A DNA stretch of 46,290 nt from assembly GCA_947441115.1 (NCBI GenBank), contig CANESS010000002.1:1-46290 (forward strand), read 5' to 3'. The DNA comes from Saprospirales bacterium (GTDB lineage: Bacteria; Bacteroidota; Bacteroidia; Chitinophagales; JADJOU01). How positions within the stretch are numbered: the stretch's first letter is position 1; the number at the start of each line of letters is the position of its first letter. Positions 10,204 through 18,724 of this stretch are shown piece by piece. The notes under the pieces were generated by a model that searched no databases, was not told the DNA's origin, and saw only the letters and a list, made by a program, of their open reading frames with translations. Made by a program: the position numbers and the translations under genes.

Positions 10204-10353
10204 ATGGAAAAATCTGAACTTTTTTTAAAATTAGATCCAGAAACATTGAATATAATAATAAGTTCAGTTCTGACCGTTATCAGTATTTTCACGCTCGTAA
10301 CCATCGGGTATTATCTTTATTATTATTTAGTTGAAAAGAAAAACAAGAAGTAA
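10204..10353 (+). CDS. Small (49-aa) single-pass membrane protein, not in the ORF track
   Basis: An ATG-to-TAA ORF encoding MEKSELFLKLDPETLNIIISSVLTVISIFTLVTIGYYLYYYLVEKKNKK. It has one hydrophobic helix and a basic tail. Its stop is 3 nt before the fabG ATG, and a -7 box lies just upstream. Confidence 0.45.
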   Translation: MEKSELFLKLDPETLNIIISSVLTVISIFTLVTIGYYLYYYLVEKKNKK

Positions 10354-10356
10354 ATT

Positions 10357-11106
10357 ATGGAAAAATTATTGAGCGGAAAGACTGCAATAGTTACCGGTGG
10401 TAGTAGAGGTATAGGTAAAGCTATCGTTTTAGAATTAGCCAAACACGGAGCTAATGTAGTGTTTTCATATCATTCTAGTGAGGCAAAGGCCATGGAATTG
10501 GTTAAGGAAATCGAAGGCATAGGTGCACATGGCTTGGCGGTTAAAAGTGATGCCGCATCTTTCTCAGCTGCCAAAGAACTCTGTGATGCCACAGTAGCTA
10601 AATTTGCCAATATAGACATCGTAGTTAATAATGCAGGAATTACTAGAGATACCCTGCTTATGAGAATGTCTGAGAAACAGTGGGATGAGGTTATTGATAA
10701 TAATTTAAAATCATCATTTAACCTTACCAAGCATGCGTCTGCCATTATGCTAAAGCAGAGAGAAGGTAGCATAGTTAATATCACCTCTATTGTAGGACTT
10801 AAGGGTCAAGCAGGGCAGGTAAATTATTCCGCATCGAAAGCAGGCATCATAGGACTCACTAAATCCGTAGCAGATGAGTTAGGATCTAGAAATATCCGTT
10901 GCAATGCAATTGCTCCAGGATTTATTCAGACGGAAATGACCGATGAATTGCCAGAAGATTTAAAAAAGAGATATTTAGATCAAATACCTCTGAAGCGCTT
11001 TGCATCAGCAGATGAAGTAGCCAAGGTAGTTGTCTTTTTAGCATCTGATATGAGTTCATACGTAACGGGCCAGATCATTGGAGTTTGCGGCGGGCTAGCC
11101 AGATAA
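10357..11106 (+). CDS. fabG: 3-oxoacyl-[acyl-carrier-protein] reductase
   Basis: 249-aa short-chain dehydrogenase/reductase (SDR). Contains TGGSRGIGKA (NADP binding), NNAG and the YSASK catalytic motif. Confidence 0.9.
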   Translation: MEKLLSGKTAIVTGGSRGIGKAIVLELAKHGANVVFSYHSSEAKAMELVKEIEGIGAHGLAVKSDAASFSAAKELCDATVAKFANIDIVVNNAGITRDTLLMRMSEKQWDEVIDNNLKSSFNLTKHASAIMLKQREGSIVNITSIVGLKGQAGQVNYSASKAGIIGLTKSVADELGSRNIRCNAIAPGFIQTEMTDELPEDLKKRYLDQIPLKRFASADEVAKVVVFLASDMSSYVTGQIIGVCGGLAR

Positions 11107-11225
11107 TTTGATTCACAAGGACTAGAATCAATAAAAGGTTTAATTTCAACACCATTTAATTTAAGTAATATAAAAGGATAAGTGTACTATATTTTAGCTT
11201 CCATTTTATTGTTAAAACAAGAGAT

Positions 11226-12146
11226 ATGATACGTAGAGAGTTTCTACAAAATAGTTTTATGGCTGGGGTTTCATTGCCCCTGCTGCAGTCTTACAATCAA
11301 TACTGGAGCGGCAGTGATGCCCCGTATGAAAAACTCACACTACTTCATACTAATGATACCCACAGCAGAATTGATCCATTTGATGATGGAGAATACAAGG
11401 GACTTGGCGGTGTTTCTGCTCGCAAAAAGATAATTGATGATATAAGATTAAACGAACCTAATACCTTGCTGCTAGATGCAGGAGATATATTTCAAGGCAC
11501 CCCTTACTTCAATATGTATAATGGAGAAATAGAGATGAAAGCCATGTCATACTTAGGATATGATGCAAGTACAATAGGAAATCACGACTTTGATAATGGG
11601 ACTGAAAATTTGGCTAAACAAATGGAACATGCCAACTTCCCGTTTATTATAAGTAACTACGATGTTACGAACTCTGCATTGGCCAATAAAGTCGCTCCAT
11701 ATATAGTATTCAATAAGGGAAAAGTAAAATTAGGTGTTTTCGCACTTGGCATTGAGCTGGAGGGACTAGTGAGTAAGAAAAACTATGGGGACATTATTTA
11801 TTATAATCCTGTAGAATATGCTAATAGGTATGCCAATATTCTTAAATCAGATGAGAATTGTGATATTGTCATTTGTTTATCTCATCTAGGGTATAGTTAT
11901 AAAGGAAATAAAGTTAGTGATTTAAAACTGGCGGATAAAGTAGACAACGTTGACGTGATTATCGGAGGCCATACCCATACCTTTTTGGATTGCCCTCATT
12001 TAATTGAAAAGCCGAAAAAAAAATTTGTGATAGTTAATCAGGTAGGCTTTGGCGGTATAACTCTCGGTAAACTAGATATTTATTTTAACAGAAGTAAAAA
12101 AATTGTAGAAAAAAATCTGTCTAATTTGATAAAATGTCAGATTTGA
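11226..12146 (+). CDS. Tat-exported metallophosphatase (5'-nucleotidase/UshA N-terminal-type domain only)
   Basis: 306-aa ORF with a twin-arginine motif MIRREFLQ. Metallophosphoesterase motifs: HTNDTHS, DAGDIFQG, GNHDFD, GGHTH. No 5'-nucleotidase C-terminal domain in this ORF or in an adjacent gene. Confidence 0.8.
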   Translation: MIRREFLQNSFMAGVSLPLLQSYNQYWSGSDAPYEKLTLLHTNDTHSRIDPFDDGEYKGLGGVSARKKIIDDIRLNEPNTLLLDAGDIFQGTPYFNMYNGEIEMKAMSYLGYDASTIGNHDFDNGTENLAKQMEHANFPFIISNYDVTNSALANKVAPYIVFNKGKVKLGVFALGIELEGLVSKKNYGDIIYYNPVEYANRYANILKSDENCDIVICLSHLGYSYKGNKVSDLKLADKVDNVDVIIGGHTHTFLDCPHLIEKPKKKFVIVNQVGFGGITLGKLDIYFNRSKKIVEKNLSNLIKCQI

Positions 12147-12162
12147 CGAATAAAAATTAGAA

Positions 12163-12171
12163 TTATTCACA
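12163..12171 (+). promoter_or_regulatory. DnaA-box-like TTATTCACA (fits TTATNCACA)
   Basis: Read directly, 67 nt upstream of the dnaA ATG. Plausible autoregulatory site. Confidence 0.3.
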
Positions 12172-12237
12172 TTAAAATGTTCATATTCGCAGCTGCAAAA
12201 TGAAATAAAATTTTTAAAAGAAAATAACAATATAATT

Positions 12238-13662
12238 ATGGAAGAAAATTTTGAGAAGGTCTGGGTAAAATGTCTAGATGTGATTAAAAGCAATGTATCT
12301 CCTCAGGTATTTTCAACTTGGTTTGAACCTATAGTTTCAGTAGCTTTGAATAAAGATATTCTGACTATCCAAGTACCTTCGCAATTTTTTTATGAATGGC
12401 TAGAAGAACATTACGTAACTATTATTAGAAAGGCATTAATTCGAGAGATAGGAGATAAAGCAAAATTAGAATATAGAATACTACTAGATAAGAACGATAG
12501 TAAGAGCGCTATTTCATATCCAAATACTAAAGGAAACTCCAGTGAAAATGCAGATACGTTTATGCCTATTACTGTAGGCAATCAAATAAGAAATCCTTTT
12601 GTCATTCCTGGTATCAAAAAAGTAAGTATAGACTCTCAACTCAATCCTATATTTACTTTTGATAGTTTCATAGAAGGGGACTGTAATAGATTGTCTAGAG
12701 CCGCAGGGTATGCTGTAGCTAAGAAGCCTGGTGGCACGGCCTTCAATCCACTTTTTCTCTATGGAGGTACGGGTGTAGGTAAATCTCATTTGCTGCAGGC
12801 TATCGGAAATCAAATCAAGCAAATAACTCCGAGCAAAACCGTTTTGTATATTCAGTCCGATAAATTTATTAATCAATTTATTGAATCTGCAAAGAATAAC
12901 AATACACATGAGTTTATCAATTTTTATAATCTTATTGATGTTTTATTAATCGATGATATTCAATTCTTTTCTGGTAAAGAGAAATCTCAAGAGATTTTCT
13001 TTAATATCTTCAATCACCTACACAATAATGGCAAGCAAATAGTAATTACCTCTGATCGTGCACCGAAGGATATGGATGGTATTGAGGAAAGATTATTGTC
13101 TAGACTGAAGTGGGGGTTATTAGCAGAAATGACTATGCCAGATTATGAAACGAGATATACTATCCTAGAAAAGAAAATGTATGCTGATGGCGTTATTTTA
13201 CCGAAAGATGTAGTGGAGTATGTAGCGTTTAATATAAATACTAATGTGAGAGACTTAGAAGGAGCTATGATTGCTCTTTTAGCTCAAGCATCTTTGGTGA
13301 AGAAAGATGTGGATATAGATTTAGCCAAGAAAATAATAAAGAACTATGTCAAGTCGGTATCACGGGAAGTATCTGTAGAATATATTCAGAAAACAGTTTG
13401 CGAGTTTGTGGGTATTAATGTGGACTTATTAAAACAGAATACACGAAAACGAGAAGTGGTCAATGCTCGACAGATATCGATGTATTTAGCAAAAAAGTAT
13501 ACGAAAAATTCTTTGAAAGAAATTGGAAGACATTTCGGAAACAAAGATCATAGTACTGTAATTCACTCTATACAGGTGGTTGACAATTTACTAGAGGTCG
13601 ACAAAAAGTTTAGAGAAGATCTCGAAGAGCTCAAAAAAAGAATTAATTTGAGCAATTTATAA
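12238..13662 (+). CDS. dnaA: Chromosomal replication initiator protein DnaA
   Basis: 474-aa ORF. Walker A GGTGVGKSHLL, Walker B LLIDDIQF, and the C-terminal DNA-binding helix region (KDHSTVIHS). Confidence 0.97.
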   Translation: MEENFEKVWVKCLDVIKSNVSPQVFSTWFEPIVSVALNKDILTIQVPSQFFYEWLEEHYVTIIRKALIREIGDKAKLEYRILLDKNDSKSAISYPNTKGNSSENADTFMPITVGNQIRNPFVIPGIKKVSIDSQLNPIFTFDSFIEGDCNRLSRAAGYAVAKKPGGTAFNPLFLYGGTGVGKSHLLQAIGNQIKQITPSKTVLYIQSDKFINQFIESAKNNNTHEFINFYNLIDVLLIDDIQFFSGKEKSQEIFFNIFNHLHNNGKQIVITSDRAPKDMDGIEERLLSRLKWGLLAEMTMPDYETRYTILEKKMYADGVILPKDVVEYVAFNINTNVRDLEGAMIALLAQASLVKKDVDIDLAKKIIKNYVKSVSREVSVEYIQKTVCEFVGINVDLLKQNTRKREVVNARQISMYLAKKYTKNSLKEIGRHFGNKDHSTVIHSIQVVDNLLEVDKKFREDLEELKKRINLSNL

Positions 13663-13682
13663 GTCAAATAAAAAAATAATTA

Positions 13683-13697
13683 TATATTTGCACTCCA
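13683..13697 (+). promoter_or_regulatory. Promoter of the tRNA operon: TATATTTGCACTCCA
   Basis: A TAnnTTTG box followed by CACTCC, 35 nt upstream of tRNA-Ser. A near-identical 15-mer recurs at 46183-46197. Confidence 0.45.
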
Positions 13698-13731
13698 ATT
13701 TTTAGCAGAATTGGGGGGTTAAGAGAGTAAA

Positions 13732-13818
13732 GGTGAGATGGGTGAGTGGCTGAAACCACCAGTTTGCTAAACTGACGTACGGGAAACTGTACCGCGAGTT
13801 CGAATCTCGCTCTCACCG
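13732..13818 (+). tRNA. tRNA-Ser (anticodon GCT)
   Basis: Hand-folded. Acceptor GGTGAGA/TCTCACC, 3-bp D stem, anticodon loop TTGCTAA, long variable arm (GTACGG-GAAA-CTGTAC), T arm GCGAG-TTCGAAT-CTCGC, discriminator G. CCA is not encoded. Confidence 0.9.
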
Positions 13819-13875
13819 CAAAAAGATTAGGATTTAGCCTCACTGGAGCGAGAATTAATGACTAAAAAGTAAAAT

Positions 13876-13949
13876 AGGGATGTAGCGCAGTCCGGTAGCG
13901 CACCTGGTTTGGGACCAGGGGGTCGCAGGTTCGAATCCTGTCATCCCTA
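13876..13949 (+). tRNA. tRNA-Pro (anticodon TGG)
   Basis: Hand-folded, 74 nt. Acceptor AGGGATG/CATCCCT, D arm GCGC-AGTCCGGTA-GCGC, anticodon arm CCTGG-TTTGGGA-CCAGG, T arm GCAGG-TTCGAAT-CCTGT, discriminator A. Confidence 0.9.
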
Positions 13950-13951
13950 CA

Positions 13952-13982
13952 ATAGCCACTCTTCGGAGTGGCTATGTTATTT
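13952..13982 (+). terminator. Rho-independent terminator of the tRNA operon
   Basis: A perfect 10-bp stem ATAGCCACTC/GAGTGGCTAT with a TTCG loop, followed by GTTATTT. Confidence 0.7.
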
Positions 13983-14160
13983 GAGGATCGTCCTGCAATT
14001 GCGGGATCAGCCTTACTTCATTAGAAAGCCTTGCAGAAATGCTATGTTTTTTTATATAGGGAGGTATTCTCGTCAGAAGTGGTGGATTTACCCTATCATA
14101 ATTTAAATTGCCTCATGTTTCTTTGAGGCTATTTAAATAAACCAAAACTCGGTCAGCCAA

Positions 14161-14188
14161 AATTAAAAAGACTGCCAATTGGCAGTCT
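14161..14188 (-). terminator. Rho-independent terminator downstream of the peroxiredoxin gene
   Basis: An 8-bp stem AGACTGCC/GGCAGTCT with an AATT loop. On the minus strand it is followed by TTTTAATT. Confidence 0.6.
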
Positions 14189-14215
14189 CTTTAATTTAAC
14201 TATTTTAGCAGGAAA

Positions 14216-14845
14216 TTAATTTTTTCCAAGATAATCAGCAACGCCTTCATGGGTCGCTTTCATAGCTTCTTTGCCTTGCACCCAGTCTGCAGGACAAACT
14301 TCACCATACTGCTCAAAATGCACTAGGGCATCAAGCATTCTTAAGGCTTCATCAACATTTCTCCCCAATGGAAAGAAATTGATCAATTCATGCATAACGA
14401 TTCCTTCCTTATTGATAAGGTATAGACCTCTATAGGCTATCATTGGGCCATTAGCTATCGTGAGACCATTCTCATCGTAGTCATATTCGCCAGCTAGCAC
14501 TCCGTAGTTCATAGAAACAGTCTTTGTGGTATCGGCTACTATAGGATATGTGACCCCTTTGATACCACCTTGTTTTTTCTCCATTTGTAACCAGCCCCAG
14601 TGAGACTCAGCCGTATCCGTAGAGCATGCGACTACTTCACAGCCTCTCGTTTTGAAATCTTCCAATCTAGATTGAAAAGCATGCAATTCTGTAGGGCATA
14701 CAAAGGTAAAGTCCTTTGGATAGAAAAAGAATAATACATAATTTTTACCTAAATACTGATCTAAAGAGAAATCATTGATGACTTGACCTCCATTAACTAT
14801 CGCGCCTGTGCTAAAATGTGGTGCTTTCTTACCTACTAATGACAT
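14216..14845 (-). CDS. Typical 2-Cys peroxiredoxin (AhpC/Tsa family)
   Basis: 209-aa ORF. Peroxidatic Cys in DFTFVCPTE and resolving Cys in GEVCPADW. Confidence 0.9.
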   Translation of the reverse strand: MSLVGKKAPHFSTGAIVNGGQVINDFSLDQYLGKNYVLFFFYPKDFTFVCPTELHAFQSRLEDFKTRGCEVVACSTDTAESHWGWLQMEKKQGGIKGVTYPIVADTTKTVSMNYGVLAGEYDYDENGLTIANGPMIAYRGLYLINKEGIVMHELINFFPLGRNVDEALRMLDALVHFEQYGEVCPADWVQGKEAMKATHEGVADYLGKN

Positions 14846-14912
14846 ATTGATTTTATTTTTAAATGATTAAATTATTATAATGTTTGAACAATTCCTGGAT
14901 ATGAAAAGTTTC

Positions 14913-15311
14913 TTAAAGATCAAACTTCATAGGTTTTTCATTCTTTTTAAGAACCTCCCACGAGCTATAAATGCCTGGATTGTATTCTCTCACCACAGAT
15001 AATGGGATTTTTTTAAGTTCAAATTGGTGCTTAAATGGCCCGATTCCTTCTGTAATTAGGTATACCTCTGATATAATATCCGCATTTTCACCCGTTGAAT
15101 AGTAATTTAGTTTTAATGTTTTCTTATATGGATCATTTTTTGGATAATTAAAATAGAGTAAAGAAAAGTATAGATCTCTATCATTGGAGAGGGAAGCCCT
15201 TATCTCAGCCAACTGCCTCAGATGACTGCGATTATCTTCGCTAAATGGTTCTAGTCTATTAAATGCTATCACAACAATAGATAGAATAAATACGGACGGC
15301 ACGTATTTCAA
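14913..15311 (-). CDS. Hypothetical membrane-anchored protein with a non-ATG start
   Basis: 132-codon ORF with an N-terminal hydrophobic segment VPSVFILSIVVIAF. Only TTG (15311) or GTG (15302) starts are available. It begins immediately after the TGA of the upstream RDD-like gene. No family recognised. Confidence 0.4.
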   Translation of the reverse strand: MKYVPSVFILSIVVIAFNRLEPFSEDNRSHLRQLAEIRASLSNDRDLYFSLLYFNYPKNDPYKKTLKLNYYSTGENADIISEVYLITEGIGPFKHQFELKKIPLSVVREYNPGIYSSWEVLKKNEKPMKFDL

Positions 15312-15827
15312 TCATTTATTAGTAAATGTTAAATCCATATTTATACCATCCTCACAGCTCACAATGCAGTGAAATAGCTGATCGTAGTAGCCTTGTTGCA
15401 TTGGGTTAGTAAATATCATAAAATAATAAATAAATAGAGACCCTGGTATACTAATTTGTCTTAGAAATTCAAAAGCACATATACCGTTGCCATTGTTTAT
15501 ACTCAATAGGTCACCAAGGCAATACGGAAAAGTAAATATAATGAATCGAAGGAAGGTCTCTTCTATGGAAAGGAATTTGCTATCTAATTTGATTACTTGA
15601 AATTCAAGTATCCATTTTCCGGAGTTTTGGCTCTTTCTCAGTTCTGAATTAAATCCCGTAAAGTAAATAGGGGAAATAACAATACAGTTGAATACTTTTT
15701 AATTTCCTAGCGTTAAATATACTTTTCTAGTAGGATATTGAATATATCCAATTAGAAATAGGATGCTGAGGTCTATTAAGACCGCTGCGACTCTTTATAG
15801 GAGGTGAGCTGGGTGAATTCCTTTCAT
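15312..15827 (-). pseudogene. RDD family membrane protein interrupted by two in-frame TAA codons
   Basis: One frame is continuous from ATG 15827 to TGA 15312: MKGIHPAHLL*RVAAVLIDLSILFLIGYIQYPTRKVYLTLGN*KVFNC...SGKWILEFQVIKLDSKFLSIEETFLRFIIF...QQGYYDQLFHCIVS. RDD hallmarks are present: R-x-x-A-x-x-ID, GK..L...V, and the D near the C-terminus. The internal stops are at 15795-15797 and 15699-15701. No frameshift. Confidence 0.55.
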
Positions 15828-15838
15828 GTTTAAATATT

Positions 15839-18613
15839 TTAGTGTGCTTCGAGCCAGTTTTTACCTATTCCAAATTCCGCAACTATAGGCAAAGGTAAAT
15901 CAGAAATAGCATTTTCCATCGAAAACACAACTATTTTCTTCACTTTTTCTAGTTCAGGCTTGTATATTTCAAAAACCAATTCATCATGGACCTGAAGGGT
16001 CATAGCAGATTGAAGATGTTCGGCTTTGAATTTTTTATGAATATCTAGCATAGCTAGTTTTATCATATCAGCAGCACTTCCTTGAATAGGCGCATTGATA
16101 GCTATGCGCTCCCATATACCTCGGTGCATAGAATTGCGGCTATTTATATCTCTCAAGTATCTTCTTCTGCCAAGTATGGTTTCTACATAACCTTTTTCCT
16201 GCCCTATTTTAATCTGAGCATCCATAAATTCTTTTATTCGTGGATAGGTTTTGAAATAATTCTGAATCATATCCTTAGCTTCTGCCATGGTCAGGGTGGT
16301 CTGCTGCGATAGTCCAAAGGCTGAGACACCATAAATAATTCCAAAGTTTACAACCTTAGCATTGCTCCGCTGCTCCTTAGTGACCTCATCAAAGGGAATT
16401 CCATAGACTTTACTTGCCGTCAGTTTATGTATGTCTTGATTGTTTTTAAAGGCTTCTATCATAGTTTCATCGCCACTCATAGCAGCAATAACTCGGAGCT
16501 CTATTTGAGAATAATCCGCACTGAGAAGAATATAATTCTCACTCGGCACATTAAATGCTTTTCTAATTTTTCTACCTCTCTCTGTACGAATAGGAATATT
16601 TTGAAGATTAGGCTCCGTGCTACTCAGCCTACCTGTAGAGGCTATCGTCTGGTTAAAAGAGGTGTGAATTCTGCCTGTCTTAGGATGAATTATTTGGGGA
16701 AGTGCATCGACATAGGTTGACTTTAACTTGGTTAACTCACGATACTCCATAATGTTCTTTGCAATGGTATGCTCTTTTAACAGCTTGCTCAAAACTTCTT
16801 CTCCTGTCCCATACTGACCAGTTTTAGTCTTCTTCTCCGTATAGGGAATTTTCATTTTTTCAAAAAGAACTTCTCCTAATTGCTTTGGGGATTCTAAATT
16901 AAAGCGAACACCCGCTTCTTCGAATACTGCTTCTTGAAATTTTTCTTGTTCGATGGCTAGTTCCTTTGAATATTCGTGGAGAAAATCGGTGTCCAAGGAG
17001 ACGCCTTTGCGCTCCATATCTGCTAAAACATAGATTAATGGAAATTCTACATTCTTGGCTAATTCTAATAATTTAGGAATCTCTTGGAGATCGGCATTTA
17101 GATTTTCAAAGAGTTGAAAAGCGACATCGGTATCTTCAGAAGCATAATCTTTTATTTTTTCCAGCGATACATCCCGTATAGAAATTTTCCGAATACCTTT
17201 CCCTACTAAATCTTCATACTTTACAGTATCGTAGTTTAAATATCTTTGAGCCATGGCATCAAGACCATGCTTAGCATCGGCATCTAATAAAAAATGAGCT
17301 AACATGGTATCATAAATGGGCAGGGCTATCTCTATTTCATAGGTTTTGAGAATATGAAGGTCAAATTTCAGGTTCTGAGCAATTTTTAGTTTGTTTTGAT
17401 CAGAAAATATGGGTTGAAAACGCGCCAGGAGAGTCTTAGCTTCTTGATAATCGGATTTGATTGGCACATAGTACCCAGTCCCCTTTTTTGTAGTAAAAGA
17501 TATCCCTACAATTTCTGCATCGTTAAAATCCAAACCAGTGGTCTCTGTATCAAAGGCAAATGCGGTTGAGAGTTTAAGTAAGGCTAATAATTGTTCAATT
17601 TCAGATTCACTCTCTACCAAGTGGTAATCATTCGATGTCGTATTGATATTCTCAAATGGACTAGAAATGACGACTTCTTCCAGAGTTTGGTTAAATAAAT
17701 CTATCGTACCATTAGCAGTGGGCTTAGCAGGAGTGAAAGTCGACGACTCCCCTAAGATTTCTTTCTGTAGTGTTCTAAATTCTAACTCAGTAAAAATTTC
17801 ACGTAACGTTTCCTTGTCAAAGGGTTCGATAATTAATTTTTCATCACTAATTTCTATTGGAACATCTATAATTATAGTAGCTAGTTTTTTAGAATCTAAG
17901 CCCTGCTGTGCGAAGTTGATGACATTTTCCTTCTGCTTTCCTTTAAGCTTATCCTTATTGGCTATGAGGCCTTCTACAGATCCAAATTCTTTGATAAGAG
18001 CTTTAGCTGTTTTCTCTCCGATTCCGGGTATTCCAGGAATATTATCCACTGCATCGCCCCACAGAGCTAAAATATCGATGACCTGCAGAGGGTTTTCTAT
18101 TTCCCAGTTCTTGCATATTTCTTCTACGCCTAATATTTCTGGCTGATTGCCCATACGAGGTGGTTTGTAGATTTTTATATTCTCCTCAACCAACTGTCCG
18201 AAATCCTTATCAGGTGTTACCATATAGACAAGATGATTCTCTCTGGCCTTTTGCTTGGCTATCGTCCCTATCACATCATCCGCTTCGTATCCTTCTAGCT
18301 CTAAGATAGGTATATTCATGGCCTCTATGATTTTGCGAATATAGGGTTCGGATATGATAATGTCCTCAGGCGTAGCATCTCTATGCGCCTTGTAGTATTC
18401 AAATTCCTGAACACGGACATTGGCACTTTTATGATCAAATACCACAGCCAAATGACTTGGATTCTCCTTTTGTATTAGCTGCCAAAGTGCACGGGTAAAT
18501 CCCATGATAGCAGTGACATTGAGCTTTTTAGAATTGTAAAGAAAATTATTCCCCATAGAATAGTAAGCTCTAAAAATGAGGGCATAGGCATCGAGGAGAT
18601 AAAGAGTTTTCAA
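15839..18613 (-). CDS. polA: DNA polymerase I
   Basis: 924-aa ORF. 5'-nuclease N-terminus, 3'-5' exonuclease motif FAFDTETTGLD, and polymerase motifs A (LLSADYSQIELRV), B (RSNAKVVNFGIIYG) and C (QVHDELVFE). Confidence 0.97.
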   Translation of the reverse strand: MKTLYLLDAYALIFRAYYSMGNNFLYNSKKLNVTAIMGFTRALWQLIQKENPSHLAVVFDHKSANVRVQEFEYYKAHRDATPEDIIISEPYIRKIIEAMNIPILELEGYEADDVIGTIAKQKARENHLVYMVTPDKDFGQLVEENIKIYKPPRMGNQPEILGVEEICKNWEIENPLQVIDILALWGDAVDNIPGIPGIGEKTAKALIKEFGSVEGLIANKDKLKGKQKENVINFAQQGLDSKKLATIIIDVPIEISDEKLIIEPFDKETLREIFTELEFRTLQKEILGESSTFTPAKPTANGTIDLFNQTLEEVVISSPFENINTTSNDYHLVESESEIEQLLALLKLSTAFAFDTETTGLDFNDAEIVGISFTTKKGTGYYVPIKSDYQEAKTLLARFQPIFSDQNKLKIAQNLKFDLHILKTYEIEIALPIYDTMLAHFLLDADAKHGLDAMAQRYLNYDTVKYEDLVGKGIRKISIRDVSLEKIKDYASEDTDVAFQLFENLNADLQEIPKLLELAKNVEFPLIYVLADMERKGVSLDTDFLHEYSKELAIEQEKFQEAVFEEAGVRFNLESPKQLGEVLFEKMKIPYTEKKTKTGQYGTGEEVLSKLLKEHTIAKNIMEYRELTKLKSTYVDALPQIIHPKTGRIHTSFNQTIASTGRLSSTEPNLQNIPIRTERGRKIRKAFNVPSENYILLSADYSQIELRVIAAMSGDETMIEAFKNNQDIHKLTASKVYGIPFDEVTKEQRSNAKVVNFGIIYGVSAFGLSQQTTLTMAEAKDMIQNYFKTYPRIKEFMDAQIKIGQEKGYVETILGRRRYLRDINSRNSMHRGIWERIAINAPIQGSAADMIKLAMLDIHKKFKAEHLQSAMTLQVHDELVFEIYKPELEKVKKIVVFSMENAISDLPLPIVAEFGIGKNWLEAH

Positions 18614-18699
18614 TGAAAAAATATTTAGAAAAGTAAATATAGAGAGAAAGAACTATTTAGACCTATAAGGTTTTTAAAACCTCAATAACTATACTAGAC

Positions 18700-18707
18700 T
18701 ATATTTG
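18700..18707 (+). promoter_or_regulatory. -7 promoter box TATATTTG
   Basis: Exact TAnnTTTG match, 17 nt upstream of the ATG at 18725. Confidence 0.4.
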
Positions 18708-18724
18708 TATATAAATTTTTCACT

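Noticed and set aside
12015-12023. Other A9 tracts in coding sequence: the phosphatase KKK at 12015-12023 and the DUF4476 gene at 4664-4672 on the complement. Considered as additional programmed-slippage or phase-variation sites.
   Set aside because: They are shorter than the dnaX tract and do not lie at a domain boundary. There is no functional precedent for truncated products. They are most simply Lys codons in an AT-rich genome.
13909-14106. A 65-aa plus-strand ORF.
   Set aside because: Its first 14 codons are the 3' half of tRNA-Pro. It then runs through the tRNA terminator hairpin, so it is a spurious ORF.
13876-14215. tRNA-Pro as an integration hotspot: 230 bp of non-coding DNA follows it.
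   Set aside because: There is no second copy of the tRNA 3' half anywhere in the window and no integrase. The spacer is explained by two terminators of convergent transcription units.
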